Below the pieces are notes generated by a model. The model did no database searches, had not been told where the DNA came from, and saw nothing but the letters and a program-made list of their open reading frames with translations. Below are positions 28,426-39,290 of a stretch of DNA of 64,000 nt, one piece after another. Position 1 is the stretch's first letter; the number at the start of each line of letters is the position of its first letter. Source of the DNA: Bacteroidales bacterium (GTDB lineage: Bacteria > Bacteroidota > Bacteroidia > Bacteroidales > VadinHA17); the NCBI GenBank assembly GCA_049512815.1, contig JBEKWS010000012.1, forward strand, positions 58,702 to 122,701. Direction: 5' to 3'. Made by a program: the position numbers and the translations under genes.

Positions 28426-29883
28426 ATGAAATCTGAAATTCTAAGAATAGCACAAATATCACCTGACCAATCTGTTATATGCATATTAGGGAGTGATCAT
28501 ATACCTGAAAAGTTAAAGCTTGGTAAATCAGAAAATGACTTCGCTCACGCACAAATACAGGTTAAGAAAGAATACATTATCATCAATTCTTATAATAAAT
28601 ACATTTACCTGATCAGATTAAAGGAGGGAATCAGTCATTATAAAGTAAGGGAAGCGCTTCGTAAGACAGCCTATAATCTAAGAAAACTTATAAAAGGAAA
28701 CAACCATTCTGAGCTTGTTATAACATCTGATAAGGCTTATAAAGGAGCTATTGAAGATTTTGCAGAAGGACTTATCCTAAGTTTTTATTCTTTCGAAAAA
28801 TACAAGACAATAGAAGAGGAGGGTGAGAAAAATAATTATCCTGCAAGACTACTTTTGCATGGTAAAATCGCTGATTCAGAGATTAAATGGCTCGTTGATC
28901 TTACTGATGCGGTCTATTTTACCCGGGATCTTATAAAAGAACCGGTTAACCAGCTCAATGCAACCTCTCTGGCAGAGGAGATAAAAAAATTAGGTGATGC
29001 TGCCGGTTTCAAGGTTGAAATATTAGCAAAGGGTAAGATTGAAGCGCTTAAGATGGGAGGCCTTCTCGCTGTTAATAAGGGAAGTGTTGATCCTCCCGTT
29101 TTTTGTATATTGGATTGGCATCCTGCAAACTGTCTCAACAAGAAACCATTTGTTTTGGTTGGAAAGGGAATTGTTTATGATACAGGAGGTCTGAATATTA
29201 AAACCGGTGAATTTATGGCCGGAATGAACGGAGACATGGCTGGCGCTGCGATAGTGACCGGTGTCATTCATACTGCTGCAAAAACTGGTATTCCCCTTCA
29301 TATCATAGGATTGATCCCTTCAACGGATAATCGTCCCGGAGGAAATGCTTATACCCAGGGTGATATTATTACAATGTATAATAAAATGACTGTTGAAATC
29401 GGAAATACTGATGCTGAGGGCAGGCTCATCCTTGCCGATGCTATAAGCTATGCTTCAAAATATTCTCCAGAACTTATAATCGATATAGCAACCCTTACGG
29501 GCTCAGCAGCAATGACTTTTGGAAACCAGGCAATTGCTGTGATGACAAACGCCGACAGAAAATATATCGATCTGCTTGAACAATGTGGTAATGAGGTATA
29601 TGAAAGAATTGCAGAATTACCTTTATGGGAAGAATACGGAGAATTGCTGAAGTCTGATATTGCAGATCTTAAAAGTATCGGAGGCCGTGAAGCTGGTGCT
29701 ATTATCGCCGGTAAATTCATTGAACGGTTTGCAGAATACCCTTTAATGCACATGGATATTGCCGGAACAGAAATACTGAAAAAGGATGATTTTTACAGAA
29801 TTAAAAACGGACCCGCATCAGGGTTAAGGCTATTATCAACATTCCTGAGAAGAATTGCAGCCAGCTATTCAGAAAAGAAATAA
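28426..29883 (+). CDS. pepA: Leucyl aminopeptidase (M17)
   Basis: M17 signature NTDAEGRLILADA. VGKGIVYDTGGLNIK, and GDMAGAA metal-ligand region. Confidence 0.85.
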   Translation: MKSEILRIAQISPDQSVICILGSDHIPEKLKLGKSENDFAHAQIQVKKEYIIINSYNKYIYLIRLKEGISHYKVREALRKTAYNLRKLIKGNNHSELVITSDKAYKGAIEDFAEGLILSFYSFEKYKTIEEEGEKNNYPARLLLHGKIADSEIKWLVDLTDAVYFTRDLIKEPVNQLNATSLAEEIKKLGDAAGFKVEILAKGKIEALKMGGLLAVNKGSVDPPVFCILDWHPANCLNKKPFVLVGKGIVYDTGGLNIKTGEFMAGMNGDMAGAAIVTGVIHTAAKTGIPLHIIGLIPSTDNRPGGNAYTQGDIITMYNKMTVEIGNTDAEGRLILADAISYASKYSPELIIDIATLTGSAAMTFGNQAIAVMTNADRKYIDLLEQCGNEVYERIAELPLWEEYGELLKSDIADLKSIGGREAGAIIAGKFIERFAEYPLMHMDIAGTEILKKDDFYRIKNGPASGLRLLSTFLRRIAASYSEKK

Positions 29884-29946
29884 CCTGATTAATAAGTACT
29901 CTAGCACTTCAAACTCTAGGCACTGATAAGGTATTAATAACAGTAT

Positions 29947-31047
29947 ATGGAAAAGAAATCAATAATTGCCGGTATCTCACATGGAGATATTAATGGCATC
30001 GGATATGAGGTTATTATAAAAGCTCTTTCCGATCCGATGATAAATGACATTTGTACACCTGTGGTTTATGGTTCCCCTAAAGTAGCAGCCTATCATCGTA
30101 AAGCATTGAATGTTAATAACTTTAGTTTTAACAATATCAGGACAGCTGAAGAAGCTCATTCGAAAAAGGCAAACATGATTAATTGTCTTGATGATAATAT
30201 CAGGGTCGAACTTGGTAAATCAACTCAACAGGGAGGGGAAGCTGCTCTTATTTCTCTCGAAAAAGCAGTAGAAGATCTAAAAAATGGCAAGATTGATGTT
30301 CTGATTACAGCGCCAATAGATAAACAAAATATTCAATCGGAAAATTTTCATTTTAAAGGGCATACTGATTATCTGAAATCAGTAGCAGGTGTAGAAGAAG
30401 CGCTTATGTTTATGATAGGTGAGAGTATGAGAATTGGTATCGCAACTGATCATGTTCCTCTAGGCAAAGTTTCAGGATTGATAACTGTGGATACCATCAT
30501 TCGCAAAATAAGACTGATGAATCAATCGCTCATCCTCGACTTCGGAATCCGAAAACCCAGGATAGCGGTCCTTGGGCTAAATCCTCATGCAGGTGACAAC
30601 TCATTATTAGGAACAGAAGAAGTTGAAATAATCAGCCCTGCAATTCAACAGGCTCAAAATGAAGGGATATTGACCTTTGGACCATTCCCGGCTGATGGAT
30701 TTTTTGGTGCAGGTTCATTTACAAAATTTGATGGGATCCTTGCAATGTACCATGATCAGGGGCTTACTCCATTTAAAGCACTATCATTTGATTCCGGAGT
30801 TAATTTCACTGCAGGATTACCTTTTGTCAGAACATCGCCCGTTCATGGAACAGCTTTTGCTATTGCCGGTAAAGGTGAAGCCTCAGAAAATTCATTCCGT
30901 CAGGCAATTTATCTTGCCTGCGACATTTTTAGAAACAGACAGATTTATGCCGAAATATCCCGGAATCCCCTGAAACACCAGGATATTGAAATTCATAGTG
31001 ACCGTATTGATGAACTCCCCCCGGATATTTTTAATCATGAACCATAA
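29947..31047 (+). CDS. pdxA: 4-hydroxythreonine-4-phosphate dehydrogenase
   Basis: GDINGIGYEVIIKAL, FKGHTDYL, LNPHAGDN and SPVHGTAFAIAGKG. Confidence 0.9.
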   Translation: MEKKSIIAGISHGDINGIGYEVIIKALSDPMINDICTPVVYGSPKVAAYHRKALNVNNFSFNNIRTAEEAHSKKANMINCLDDNIRVELGKSTQQGGEAALISLEKAVEDLKNGKIDVLITAPIDKQNIQSENFHFKGHTDYLKSVAGVEEALMFMIGESMRIGIATDHVPLGKVSGLITVDTIIRKIRLMNQSLILDFGIRKPRIAVLGLNPHAGDNSLLGTEEVEIISPAIQQAQNEGILTFGPFPADGFFGAGSFTKFDGILAMYHDQGLTPFKALSFDSGVNFTAGLPFVRTSPVHGTAFAIAGKGEASENSFRQAIYLACDIFRNRQIYAEISRNPLKHQDIEIHSDRIDELPPDIFNHEP

Positions 31048-31049
31048 TT

Positions 31050-31631
31050 ATGATAGATTATATTAAAGGAGATATTACCCGGATCACTCCGACATTCCTG
31101 ATAATGGAAACTGGTGGAATCGGCTATTTAATCAATATCTCGGTATCTACTTTTACGAAACTTGAAGCTAAAAAGGAATTCAAGGTCCTTGTTCATGAAG
31201 TCATAAGAGAAGACAGCCACCAGCTCTTCGGATTTGCTGATGGTGAGGAACGGGATATTTTCAGGTTACTGATTTCTGTTACTGGTGTTGGAGCGAATAC
31301 TGCAAGGATGATGCTTTCTTCACTTAGTCCGGGGGAGATAGAAAAGGCAATTTTAGGCTCCGATGCAGATATTCTGAAAAGTGTTAAAGGTATTGGATTA
31401 AAAACGGCCCAAAGGATCATAGTTGACCTGAAAGATAAGCTTGGCAAACACGCCGGAGGTGGTGAAATATTTGCCTTTACAGACAATACAAAGCGTGAAG
31501 AAGCGTTATCAGCATTAGTAATGCTTGGATTTGCCAAAAGCTCCGTCTTAAAAGTCCTTGAGAAGATAGCCAGAGAAGAAAAAAACCTGACAGTTGAGGA
31601 TTTGATAAGGAGAGCGCTTAAAAACTTGTAA
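31050..31631 (+). CDS. ruvA: Holliday junction DNA helicase subunit RuvA
   Basis: MIDYIKGDI...GGIGY N-terminal OB domain. Two HhH motifs (VTGVGANTARMML, VKGIGLKTAQRII). 193 aa. Confidence 0.9.
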   Translation: MIDYIKGDITRITPTFLIMETGGIGYLINISVSTFTKLEAKKEFKVLVHEVIREDSHQLFGFADGEERDIFRLLISVTGVGANTARMMLSSLSPGEIEKAILGSDADILKSVKGIGLKTAQRIIVDLKDKLGKHAGGGEIFAFTDNTKREEALSALVMLGFAKSSVLKVLEKIAREEKNLTVEDLIRRALKNL

Positions 31632-31649
31632 TTCTGAATATAAGCCGGA

Positions 31650-34600
31650 TTGGGATCAGGGATATCATATAAAAATATTCTGATATTTTCGTATCTTGCA
31701 CTATTCGCTTCTTTTCTGATAAAGTCCACAGAAGCAAGCAGTCAGACTGCTTTGCTAACAGGTGGGAAAGCTGATACAACCCGCAAATCAATTCTAAAAT
31801 TAAAAGATGATTCCGGAAATCCCTGGGAATCAAAACAGAAGGCTCCTCTTTTCCTGGATAAACCATCAAATTTAAAGTCCTCCGTAATTTATGATCCGGT
31901 TAAAAATGAATATATCCTTTATGAGAAAATAGGAACTTTTGACTATCGTACACCAGTGCATATGAGTCCGGAAGAATTCCGGAAATATGAATATGCCAAA
32001 GCGATGCGCGACTACTGGGAAGCGAGGATTTCAGGAACCCAGGCCGGATACAGATCAAACCTGATTCCGCAAATAGAAATCGGAGGTGCTGCATTTGATA
32101 AAATATTCGGCAGCAACACTATCAATATTATTCCTCAGGGGTCTGCAGAACTTATTTTCGGGATTAATATTTCAAAAACCGAAAACCCGACACTATCTGA
32201 AAAACTCAGAACAATTCCGACATTCGATTTCAAGGAAAAGATTCAGATGAATGTCACAGGCACAATTGGTGACAAAATGAAACTTGGTGTGAATTACAAC
32301 ACTGATGCAATGTTTGAATTTGAAAACAAGACTAAACTTCAATATGCCGGGAAGGAAGATGAAATAATTAAAAAAGTTGAAGCCGGAGATGTTACTCTTC
32401 CTCTGACCGGAACTCTTATCACAGGAAGCTATAGCCTGTTCGGACTTAAAACAGAAATGCAATTTGGAAAGCTTACAGTCACAACAGTTCTTTCGCAACA
32501 AAAGGGACAATCATCTGTAATTGAGGCCAAGGGAGGCGCTCAATCGACAGATTATGAAATGTATGCCGATAGCTATGAGGCAAACAAACATTTTTTTATT
32601 TCACAATACTTCAGAGATACTTATGATGAAGCACTGAAGAACCTGCCAATTGTCAGTTCAGGAATAAACATTGACCGGATCGAAGTATGGGTAACCAACA
32701 AGACAAGTAGTTTTGTAGATGCCAGCAACAGGAACATAGTTGCTTTTGTAGACCTTGGTGAGAGCAGAAATCATATTTTCAATAAAGTACCGGCTTTTCA
32801 GGCGATTCCAGGTGCTTTGATATACCCTGACAATAATGCCAATAAAATGTATGAACAACTCACTACGTCATATAGAGTAATCCGAAACGTTGACCAGGTT
32901 ACAAATGCATTTGGTCCATTATATCCGGGATTTCAGATCGGACGCGATTTTGAAAAGATTGAGAATGCCAGAAAACTTGATGAAAGGGAGTATTATTTTA
33001 ACAGACAACTGGGTTATATTTCGCTTAACACGGCTTTAAATACAGATGAGGTTCTGGCTGTTGCCTATGAATATACGATTGCAGGTCAGGTGTTTAAAGT
33101 AGGTGAGTTTTCGACAGATGGAATCACAGCCCCGCAGACTCTGGTACTTAAGCTGCTAAAAGGTACTTCTCTGAGTCCAAAATTGCCTACCTGGAAACTG
33201 ATGATGAAGAACATTTATTCTCTCGGATCAGGGAAACTGGATAAAAAAGACTTTGTGCTAAATGTACTTTACCAGGATGATAAAACAGGTAATTCAATCA
33301 ACTACATCCCTGAAGGTAATCTGGCTGATAAGATACTCCTGCAGGTTATGGGTCTCGACAATCTGAATTCCCAGCTTGACAGGCAACCAGACGGGTTTTT
33401 CGATTTTATAGATGGTGTTACTGTTATAGCTGACAGAGGTAGAATTATTTTCCCCTTTATTGAGCCTTTCGGAAGCCATCTCAGGAAGATGATTGTCGAT
33501 CCTACACTGGCTGGCAAATATGTTTTCCAGGAGTTATACGATTCAACCCAGACAGTTGCCCGCCAGATGGCCGAAAAAGACAAATTCAAGCTAAAAGGAC
33601 ATTACTCATCTGAATCCGGATCTGAAATCAGACTAAATGCGACGAGTATACCACAAGGCTCAGTTAAGGTTACTGCCGGTGGAGTACCTCTTACTGAAAA
33701 CACTGATTATATAGTTGATTATAATATGGGCACTGTGAGAATAATTAACAGTGCACTTATTGAATCGCAAACACCTATTCAGGTTTCACTGGAGAACAAT
33801 CAGTTTTTTGGATTCCAGACCAAAACGCTTGTTGGCACACATCTCGATTACAAAGTTTCGGATAAATTCGATATCGGTGGAACAGTACTTCACCTTACAG
33901 AAAGACCATATACCCAAAAAGTAAATTATGGAGAGGAACCGATTTCAAATACAATCTGGGGTTTAAATGCTTCATATAAAACAGAATCACAACTACTTAC
34001 AAAGATTATCGACAAGATTCCGCTTCTCAACACAAAAACTCCTTCATCATTCTCCTTTTTCGGTGAGTTTGCTAACCTGATTCCGGGTCATTCAAAGGCA
34101 ATATCCAGCGCAGGCAATTCATATATCGATGATTTTGAAGCCAGTGAAATTCCTCTGGACCTTAAAGCATTTAATGCATGGACGATTGCAAGTGTCCCAC
34201 AGGGACAGGACCAGCTTTTTCCTGAAGCAAAGTTCAATAACAATCTTGTAAGCGGATTTAACCGGGCTAAATTAGCCTGGTATGTGATAGACCCACTCTT
34301 TTTACGTAACGGATCATCAACACCGGAGTACATAAGGCAGAATCCTGATGAACAATCGAGTCATTTTGTCAGAGAGATATATGAAAATGAAATCTTTCCT
34401 TACAAAGAAAGTGCCAGCGGAATTCCTGCCACTATAACCGTTTTAAACCTTGCATATTATCCTAACGAAAAGGGCCCCTATAACTATGATACTGACCCTG
34501 GTTCTTATTCTCAGGGAATGAATTCCGGCGGTAAACTTAACGACCCTAAATCAAGATGGGGCGGAATAATGAGAGAAGTGCTCACCCCCGATTTCGAAGC

Positions 34601-37600
34601 TGCTAACATTCAATATGTTAAGTTCTGGGTAATGGATCCATTTGTTGATAATCCGGAACAGGAAGGGGGAGATCTTTATATAAACCTTGGAGATATTTCA
34701 GAAGATATTTTGCGGGATTCAAGAAAAAGTTTTGAGAATGGACTACCGGGTTCTCCGGTTGTAAAAAATGTTGATACCACAGCTTGGGGTCGGGTACCGA
34801 CCATTCAGGCGGTGGTTAATGCCTTTGACAACGCTCCGGAATCGAGGTTATATCAGGATGTCGGACTTGATGGACTCGGGGACCAGGACGAACAGTCCTT
34901 TTTTAAGAATTACCTTCAAAAATCATTGCTTATCACAAGTCCTGAGGCCTACCAGGAGATTCTGAAGGATCCGTCAGGAGATGATTTTCATTATTACAGG
35001 GGATCGGATTATGATGCTCAGCAACTGGGTATTCTCAACAGGTATAAAAAGTATAATGGAGAGGAAGGAAACTCACCTACATCCGAGATGTCGAAGGAAT
35101 CTTATCCGACTGCAGGGTCAACATTGCCGGATATGGAAGACATCAATCGCGATAATACATTAAGCGAAACGGAAAGTTATTATCAATACAAGGTCAGTGT
35201 TCGTCCGGGAGATATAAAGGTTGGTTCAAATTACGTTGTTGATGAGATTGAATACGAAGCTACTTTTGCCAACGGTAAAAAATCGAAGGTAAAATGGTAT
35301 CAGTTTCAGATTCCAATAACTGATTATCAGAAGGTCATTGGTCCAATTCAAGACTTTAAATCAATCCGCTTTATGAGAATGTTTCTCAAAGGTTTCAAAG
35401 AACCTGTTATTATGCGGTTTGCTTCGCTGGACCTTGTGCGTGCAGAATGGAGGAAATACAATATTTCATTTATGGAAGGAAGTGAAAGGGTTACAACGCC
35501 TGAGGCTACGGATGGGACATTTGAAATAAGTTCTGTCAGTATCGAGGAGAATTCGGGTAAAGTACCTGTTAATTATGTTTTACCTCCGGGATTTGACAGA
35601 GTTACTGACCCGCAAAATCCCCAATTGAGACTGCTTAATGAACAATCAATGGTACTTAAGGTTCAGAATCTTGAAGATGGAGATGCTCGTGCTGCATTCA
35701 AAGATGTAAATCTCGATATAAGGCAATACCGCAAACTGCGGATGGAAGTTCACGCTGAAGCCATGATAGGACAACCATTGAAGGACGATGACCTGACAGC
35801 ATTTATCAGAATAGGTTCGGATTATAAAGGGAATTTTTATGAATATGAACTTCCTTTAAAACTTACTCCGCCAGGTCATTACGATAATAATTCAGATGAT
35901 CAAAGGGCAAAGGTGTGGCCCACAGAAAACAGTTTTGACATAGATCTGTCTTTGTTACAGGATGCTAAACAGGAACGCAACCGCCAAATGCAACTACCCG
36001 GTTCCTCTTTAAGCATCTCAGATGTCTTTGTATATACAAATGGAACAGCCCGGATTTCAGTTTCCGGGAACCCTAACATGAGTAATGTGAAGGTCATCAT
36101 GATAGGGGTGAGGAATCCTATTAAAACTAGGAACAAGGCAACTGATGACGGAAATCCAAAATATGGCGAAGTGTGGTTTGATGAACTACGCCTGAACGAT
36201 TTTATTGAAAACGGAGGATATGCTGCAAATACACATATTCAAGCTCGTCTTGCCGATCTCGGTACTGTTGATATGGTTGGTCAGTTTAGTACTCCCGGAT
36301 GGGGAAGTATCGACAAAAAAGTGAATGACAGAAGCAAGGATCAGACATTGAAGTATGACATTTCATCCAACATTGAACTTGGGAAATTTTTTCCTGAAAA
36401 GTTAGGAGTAAGGCTTCCTGTTTATATCGGTTATTCCGAAACCAGGATCAAACCCCAATATGATCCTCTTGATCCCGATATTCTATTAAAAGATGCCTTA
36501 AAAGCAGCAAAAAACCAAGCCACCAGAGATTCAATATTATCTATTTCAGAAGATTTTTCAAGAAGGAAGACAATTACAATAAGCAATGCGGGTATAACAA
36601 AACGAGGTAAAAAGCCGCATGCATGGGACCCTGCGAACTTAAGTGTGAACTATACTTACAACGAAATCTTCAGTAGTAATACCAATACTGAAATTAACCT
36701 TGAGAAAGACTGGAGGGGAGGGATTAATTATGATTTTCAGGCACAACCTGCCAATATCATGCCTTTTAAGAATGTAAGATTTCTGAATTCCCCTGTTTTC
36801 AAAATTATTAAAGACTTTAACTTTTATACTTTTCCAAAAAACCTTTCATTCAGGACCGATCTGAGTCGATCTTATAATGAATTAATAACAAGAGATATAA
36901 ACGATCCTTACCTGAAAATTACTCCTTCTTTCAAAAAGGATTTTGAATGGACCAGGATTTATGATATTAAATATGATATAACACGTCAGTTGAAATTTGA
37001 TTTTACAGCTACTAACCTTGCACGAATAGATGAACCCCCCGGAGGTGTTGGCAAAAATAGGTATAGCAGCAGTTACAGGGCCTGGCGCGATTCGGTATTG
37101 GTTAACCTAAGGAATGGTGGCAGAACAACTAACTATAATCATTTTATTAATGTTACTTATACAATTCCTGTAAATAAGCTTCCTCTGCTTTCGTGGATAA
37201 ATGCCAATGCTCGGTATAGTGCAGATTATACCTGGCTAGCCGGCCCTCTTTTCCCCGATAGTTTGAAGATCAATCTGGGGAATTCGATTAAAAATCATAA
37301 TGAGATGACATTTACAACAATGGCAAACCTGTCTTCACTCTATAGTAAATTGAAGTTTCTTAAAAGCATTGAAAATAATACACAACCCGGGGCAGCTCAA
37401 AAAATGAAGGCTGAATTAAAAACAGTTACTTATTCGAAGGAAAATGTAAACTTCAAAGCAAATGTTGTCAAATCTATTTATCATAATCTTAAAACAAAAG
37501 ATGTAAAAGTTAAGGTTGTCAGGAAAAATGGTGAAGAGGTTAAAGGCAAAATGGAAATTGTCAATGAGAACAAGGTTAATTTCACAGCGGCTCAACAGGT

Positions 37601-39089
37601 TGATGGTGCAAGCGTAATAATTGAAGGAAAGGTTAAGAAAAGCAGGAATCCGCTTACTGTTACAGGTGAATATCTGATAAGAGCGATAATGGGAGTAAGA
37701 TCGGTAAGTTTGACTTATACATCCTCTCAGGGACAATATCTTCCAGGTTATATTCCTGAAACAAAATACCTTGGGATGTCAAGTTTTAACAATAAACTTG
37801 CCCCTGGATTGCCATTTATTCTGGGATATAGTGATAAAAACTTCTTTGATAAAGCAGTTTCAAACGGGTGGCTTTCAAAAGACACCTTGCTCAATACTCC
37901 TGCAACATACAATAATAGTTACACCCTCTCCTTACGAAGCCTTATTGAACCTTTTCCCGGATTGAGAATTGATCTGAATGCCGACAGAAGATATCAGGAG
38001 GCTGTAAGTTCATATTATATTGCTGATTATAATGGTAACTTTCCCGACAGCACACGCAACCGCATGATATCAGGAAACTTCTCCATCTCTATTATTTCAT
38101 GGGGAACCGCTTTTGAAAAGATCTCAAAGAATAATGATTATGTATCTCCTACTTTTGAAGCTTTTAAGAAGAATACGGTTATTATTTCCGAAAGGAGAGC
38201 CGCAGAAAGACAAAAGATAGATCCGGGTTATAACCCTGATATTGATCCTGCAACCGGCGCTCCCATTTCAGGTCCATATAAGAGCGGATACGGACAGACA
38301 TCAGGTGAGGTTTTGATACCCGCATTCATTGCAGCTTATACCAAATCAAGCCCCAATACCGTGGGTCTTGAAACATTCCCTTCTGCCTTAAGAATGATGC
38401 CAAACTGGAGAATTACTTTTGACGGATTGTCGAAATTTGATTTTGTGCAAAGTATATTCAGATCTATAAGCTTAACGCATCAGTACAGAAGTACGTATCA
38501 AATCGGTTCATTTACCACAAATATGAATTATAAGATCGATGACAGCGGTATAAACAGTATCAGGGACCTTCAGAATAACTTTATTCAGCAATATGAAATA
38601 AATGTTGTGACAATCAATGAACAATTCAGTCCTCTGATTAATGTAGATATGAACTGGAAAAACAGCCTGACAACCCGGTTTGAATGGAAAAAATCACGCA
38701 CTGTTACTCTTAATATGATCAGCAACGAGGTTGCTGATGCACGAATTAATGAACTGGTATTCGGTGCGGGATACCGATTCGATAACGTTAAGATAATTCT
38801 TAAAACAGGTGGTGTACAAAGGTCCCTGAAAAGCGATCTGAATTTACGTTTCGATCTTTCGATTCGCGATGATAAAACACTTGCAAGGAAACTGGTAGAG
38901 GATGTTAATCAACCTGTTGTAGGACAGAGAGTATTTACTTTAGGAACGACTGCTGATTATGTTTTAAGTGACAGATTTAATCTCCAGATCTTCGTTGATC
39001 GTACCATGAATAATCCGTTTGTTGCCACAACATTTCCAACTTCAAATACTAACTTCGGTTTCAGTCTCAAATTTACACTTGCTCAATAG
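31650..39089 (+). CDS. sprA: T9SS/gliding cell-surface protein SprA (Sov-like translocon)
   Basis: 2479 aa. Signal-like N-terminus (ILIFSYLALFASFLIKSTEASSQ). Conserved early segment GDVTLPLTGTLITGSYSLFGLKTEMQFGKLTVTTVLSQQKGQ. Beta-rich throughout. The only in-frame start near the signal peptide is the TTG at 31650, 18 nt after the ruvA stop. Confidence 0.85.
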   Translation: MGSGISYKNILIFSYLALFASFLIKSTEASSQTALLTGGKADTTRKSILKLKDDSGNPWESKQKAPLFLDKPSNLKSSVIYDPVKNEYILYEKIGTFDYRTPVHMSPEEFRKYEYAKAMRDYWEARISGTQAGYRSNLIPQIEIGGAAFDKIFGSNTINIIPQGSAELIFGINISKTENPTLSEKLRTIPTFDFKEKIQMNVTGTIGDKMKLGVNYNTDAMFEFENKTKLQYAGKEDEIIKKVEAGDVTLPLTGTLITGSYSLFGLKTEMQFGKLTVTTVLSQQKGQSSVIEAKGGAQSTDYEMYADSYEANKHFFISQYFRDTYDEALKNLPIVSSGINIDRIEVWVTNKTSSFVDASNRNIVAFVDLGESRNHIFNKVPAFQAIPGALIYPDNNANKMYEQLTTSYRVIRNVDQVTNAFGPLYPGFQIGRDFEKIENARKLDEREYYFNRQLGYISLNTALNTDEVLAVAYEYTIAGQVFKVGEFSTDGITAPQTLVLKLLKGTSLSPKLPTWKLMMKNIYSLGSGKLDKKDFVLNVLYQDDKTGNSINYIPEGNLADKILLQVMGLDNLNSQLDRQPDGFFDFIDGVTVIADRGRIIFPFIEPFGSHLRKMIVDPTLAGKYVFQELYDSTQTVARQMAEKDKFKLKGHYSSESGSEIRLNATSIPQGSVKVTAGGVPLTENTDYIVDYNMGTVRIINSALIESQTPIQVSLENNQFFGFQTKTLVGTHLDYKVSDKFDIGGTVLHLTERPYTQKVNYGEEPISNTIWGLNASYKTESQLLTKIIDKIPLLNTKTPSSFSFFGEFANLIPGHSKAISSAGNSYIDDFEASEIPLDLKAFNAWTIASVPQGQDQLFPEAKFNNNLVSGFNRAKLAWYVIDPLFLRNGSSTPEYIRQNPDEQSSHFVREIYENEIFPYKESASGIPATITVLNLAYYPNEKGPYNYDTDPGSYSQGMNSGGKLNDPKSRWGGIMREVLTPDFEAANIQYVKFWVMDPFVDNPEQEGGDLYINLGDISEDILRDSRKSFENGLPGSPVVKNVDTTAWGRVPTIQAVVNAFDNAPESRLYQDVGLDGLGDQDEQSFFKNYLQKSLLITSPEAYQEILKDPSGDDFHYYRGSDYDAQQLGILNRYKKYNGEEGNSPTSEMSKESYPTAGSTLPDMEDINRDNTLSETESYYQYKVSVRPGDIKVGSNYVVDEIEYEATFANGKKSKVKWYQFQIPITDYQKVIGPIQDFKSIRFMRMFLKGFKEPVIMRFASLDLVRAEWRKYNISFMEGSERVTTPEATDGTFEISSVSIEENSGKVPVNYVLPPGFDRVTDPQNPQLRLLNEQSMVLKVQNLEDGDARAAFKDVNLDIRQYRKLRMEVHAEAMIGQPLKDDDLTAFIRIGSDYKGNFYEYELPLKLTPPGHYDNNSDDQRAKVWPTENSFDIDLSLLQDAKQERNRQMQLPGSSLSISDVFVYTNGTARISVSGNPNMSNVKVIMIGVRNPIKTRNKATDDGNPKYGEVWFDELRLNDFIENGGYAANTHIQARLADLGTVDMVGQFSTPGWGSIDKKVNDRSKDQTLKYDISSNIELGKFFPEKLGVRLPVYIGYSETRIKPQYDPLDPDILLKDALKAAKNQATRDSILSISEDFSRRKTITISNAGITKRGKKPHAWDPANLSVNYTYNEIFSSNTNTEINLEKDWRGGINYDFQAQPANIMPFKNVRFLNSPVFKIIKDFNFYTFPKNLSFRTDLSRSYNELITRDINDPYLKITPSFKKDFEWTRIYDIKYDITRQLKFDFTATNLARIDEPPGGVGKNRYSSSYRAWRDSVLVNLRNGGRTTNYNHFINVTYTIPVNKLPLLSWINANARYSADYTWLAGPLFPDSLKINLGNSIKNHNEMTFTTMANLSSLYSKLKFLKSIENNTQPGAAQKMKAELKTVTYSKENVNFKANVVKSIYHNLKTKDVKVKVVRKNGEEVKGKMEIVNENKVNFTAAQQVDGASVIIEGKVKKSRNPLTVTGEYLIRAIMGVRSVSLTYTSSQGQYLPGYIPETKYLGMSSFNNKLAPGLPFILGYSDKNFFDKAVSNGWLSKDTLLNTPATYNNSYTLSLRSLIEPFPGLRIDLNADRRYQEAVSSYYIADYNGNFPDSTRNRMISGNFSISIISWGTAFEKISKNNDYVSPTFEAFKKNTVIISERRAAERQKIDPGYNPDIDPATGAPISGPYKSGYGQTSGEVLIPAFIAAYTKSSPNTVGLETFPSALRMMPNWRITFDGLSKFDFVQSIFRSISLTHQYRSTYQIGSFTTNMNYKIDDSGINSIRDLQNNFIQQYEINVVTINEQFSPLINVDMNWKNSLTTRFEWKKSRTVTLNMISNEVADARINELVFGAGYRFDNVKIILKTGGVQRSLKSDLNLRFDLSIRDDKTLARKLVEDVNQPVVGQRVFTLGTTADYVLSDRFNLQIFVDRTMNNPFVATTFPTSNTNFGFSLKFTLAQ

Positions 39090-39243
39090 TAATAACCTGG
39101 CTGGAGCATTAATTTTTTTCTTTTTCAGAAATCGAATGAAACATAGCCAATCGGGTCTTTCTGCCTGAAAATCAGTAAATCCACGTTAAAATAAATGATA
39201 TATAACTAGCATTTATCGAACCATTTTTTCTATTTTTGGATAG

Positions 39244-39264
39244 AAACAATAGATTTTATTGTTT
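39244..39264. promoter_or_regulatory. 8-bp inverted repeat upstream of the maltose operon (candidate operator)
   Basis: AAACAATA-gattt-TATTGTTT, ending 26 nt before the MFS ATG. Confidence 0.3.
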
Positions 39265-39290
39265 TCATTCTTAAAATTTGATCACGATAT

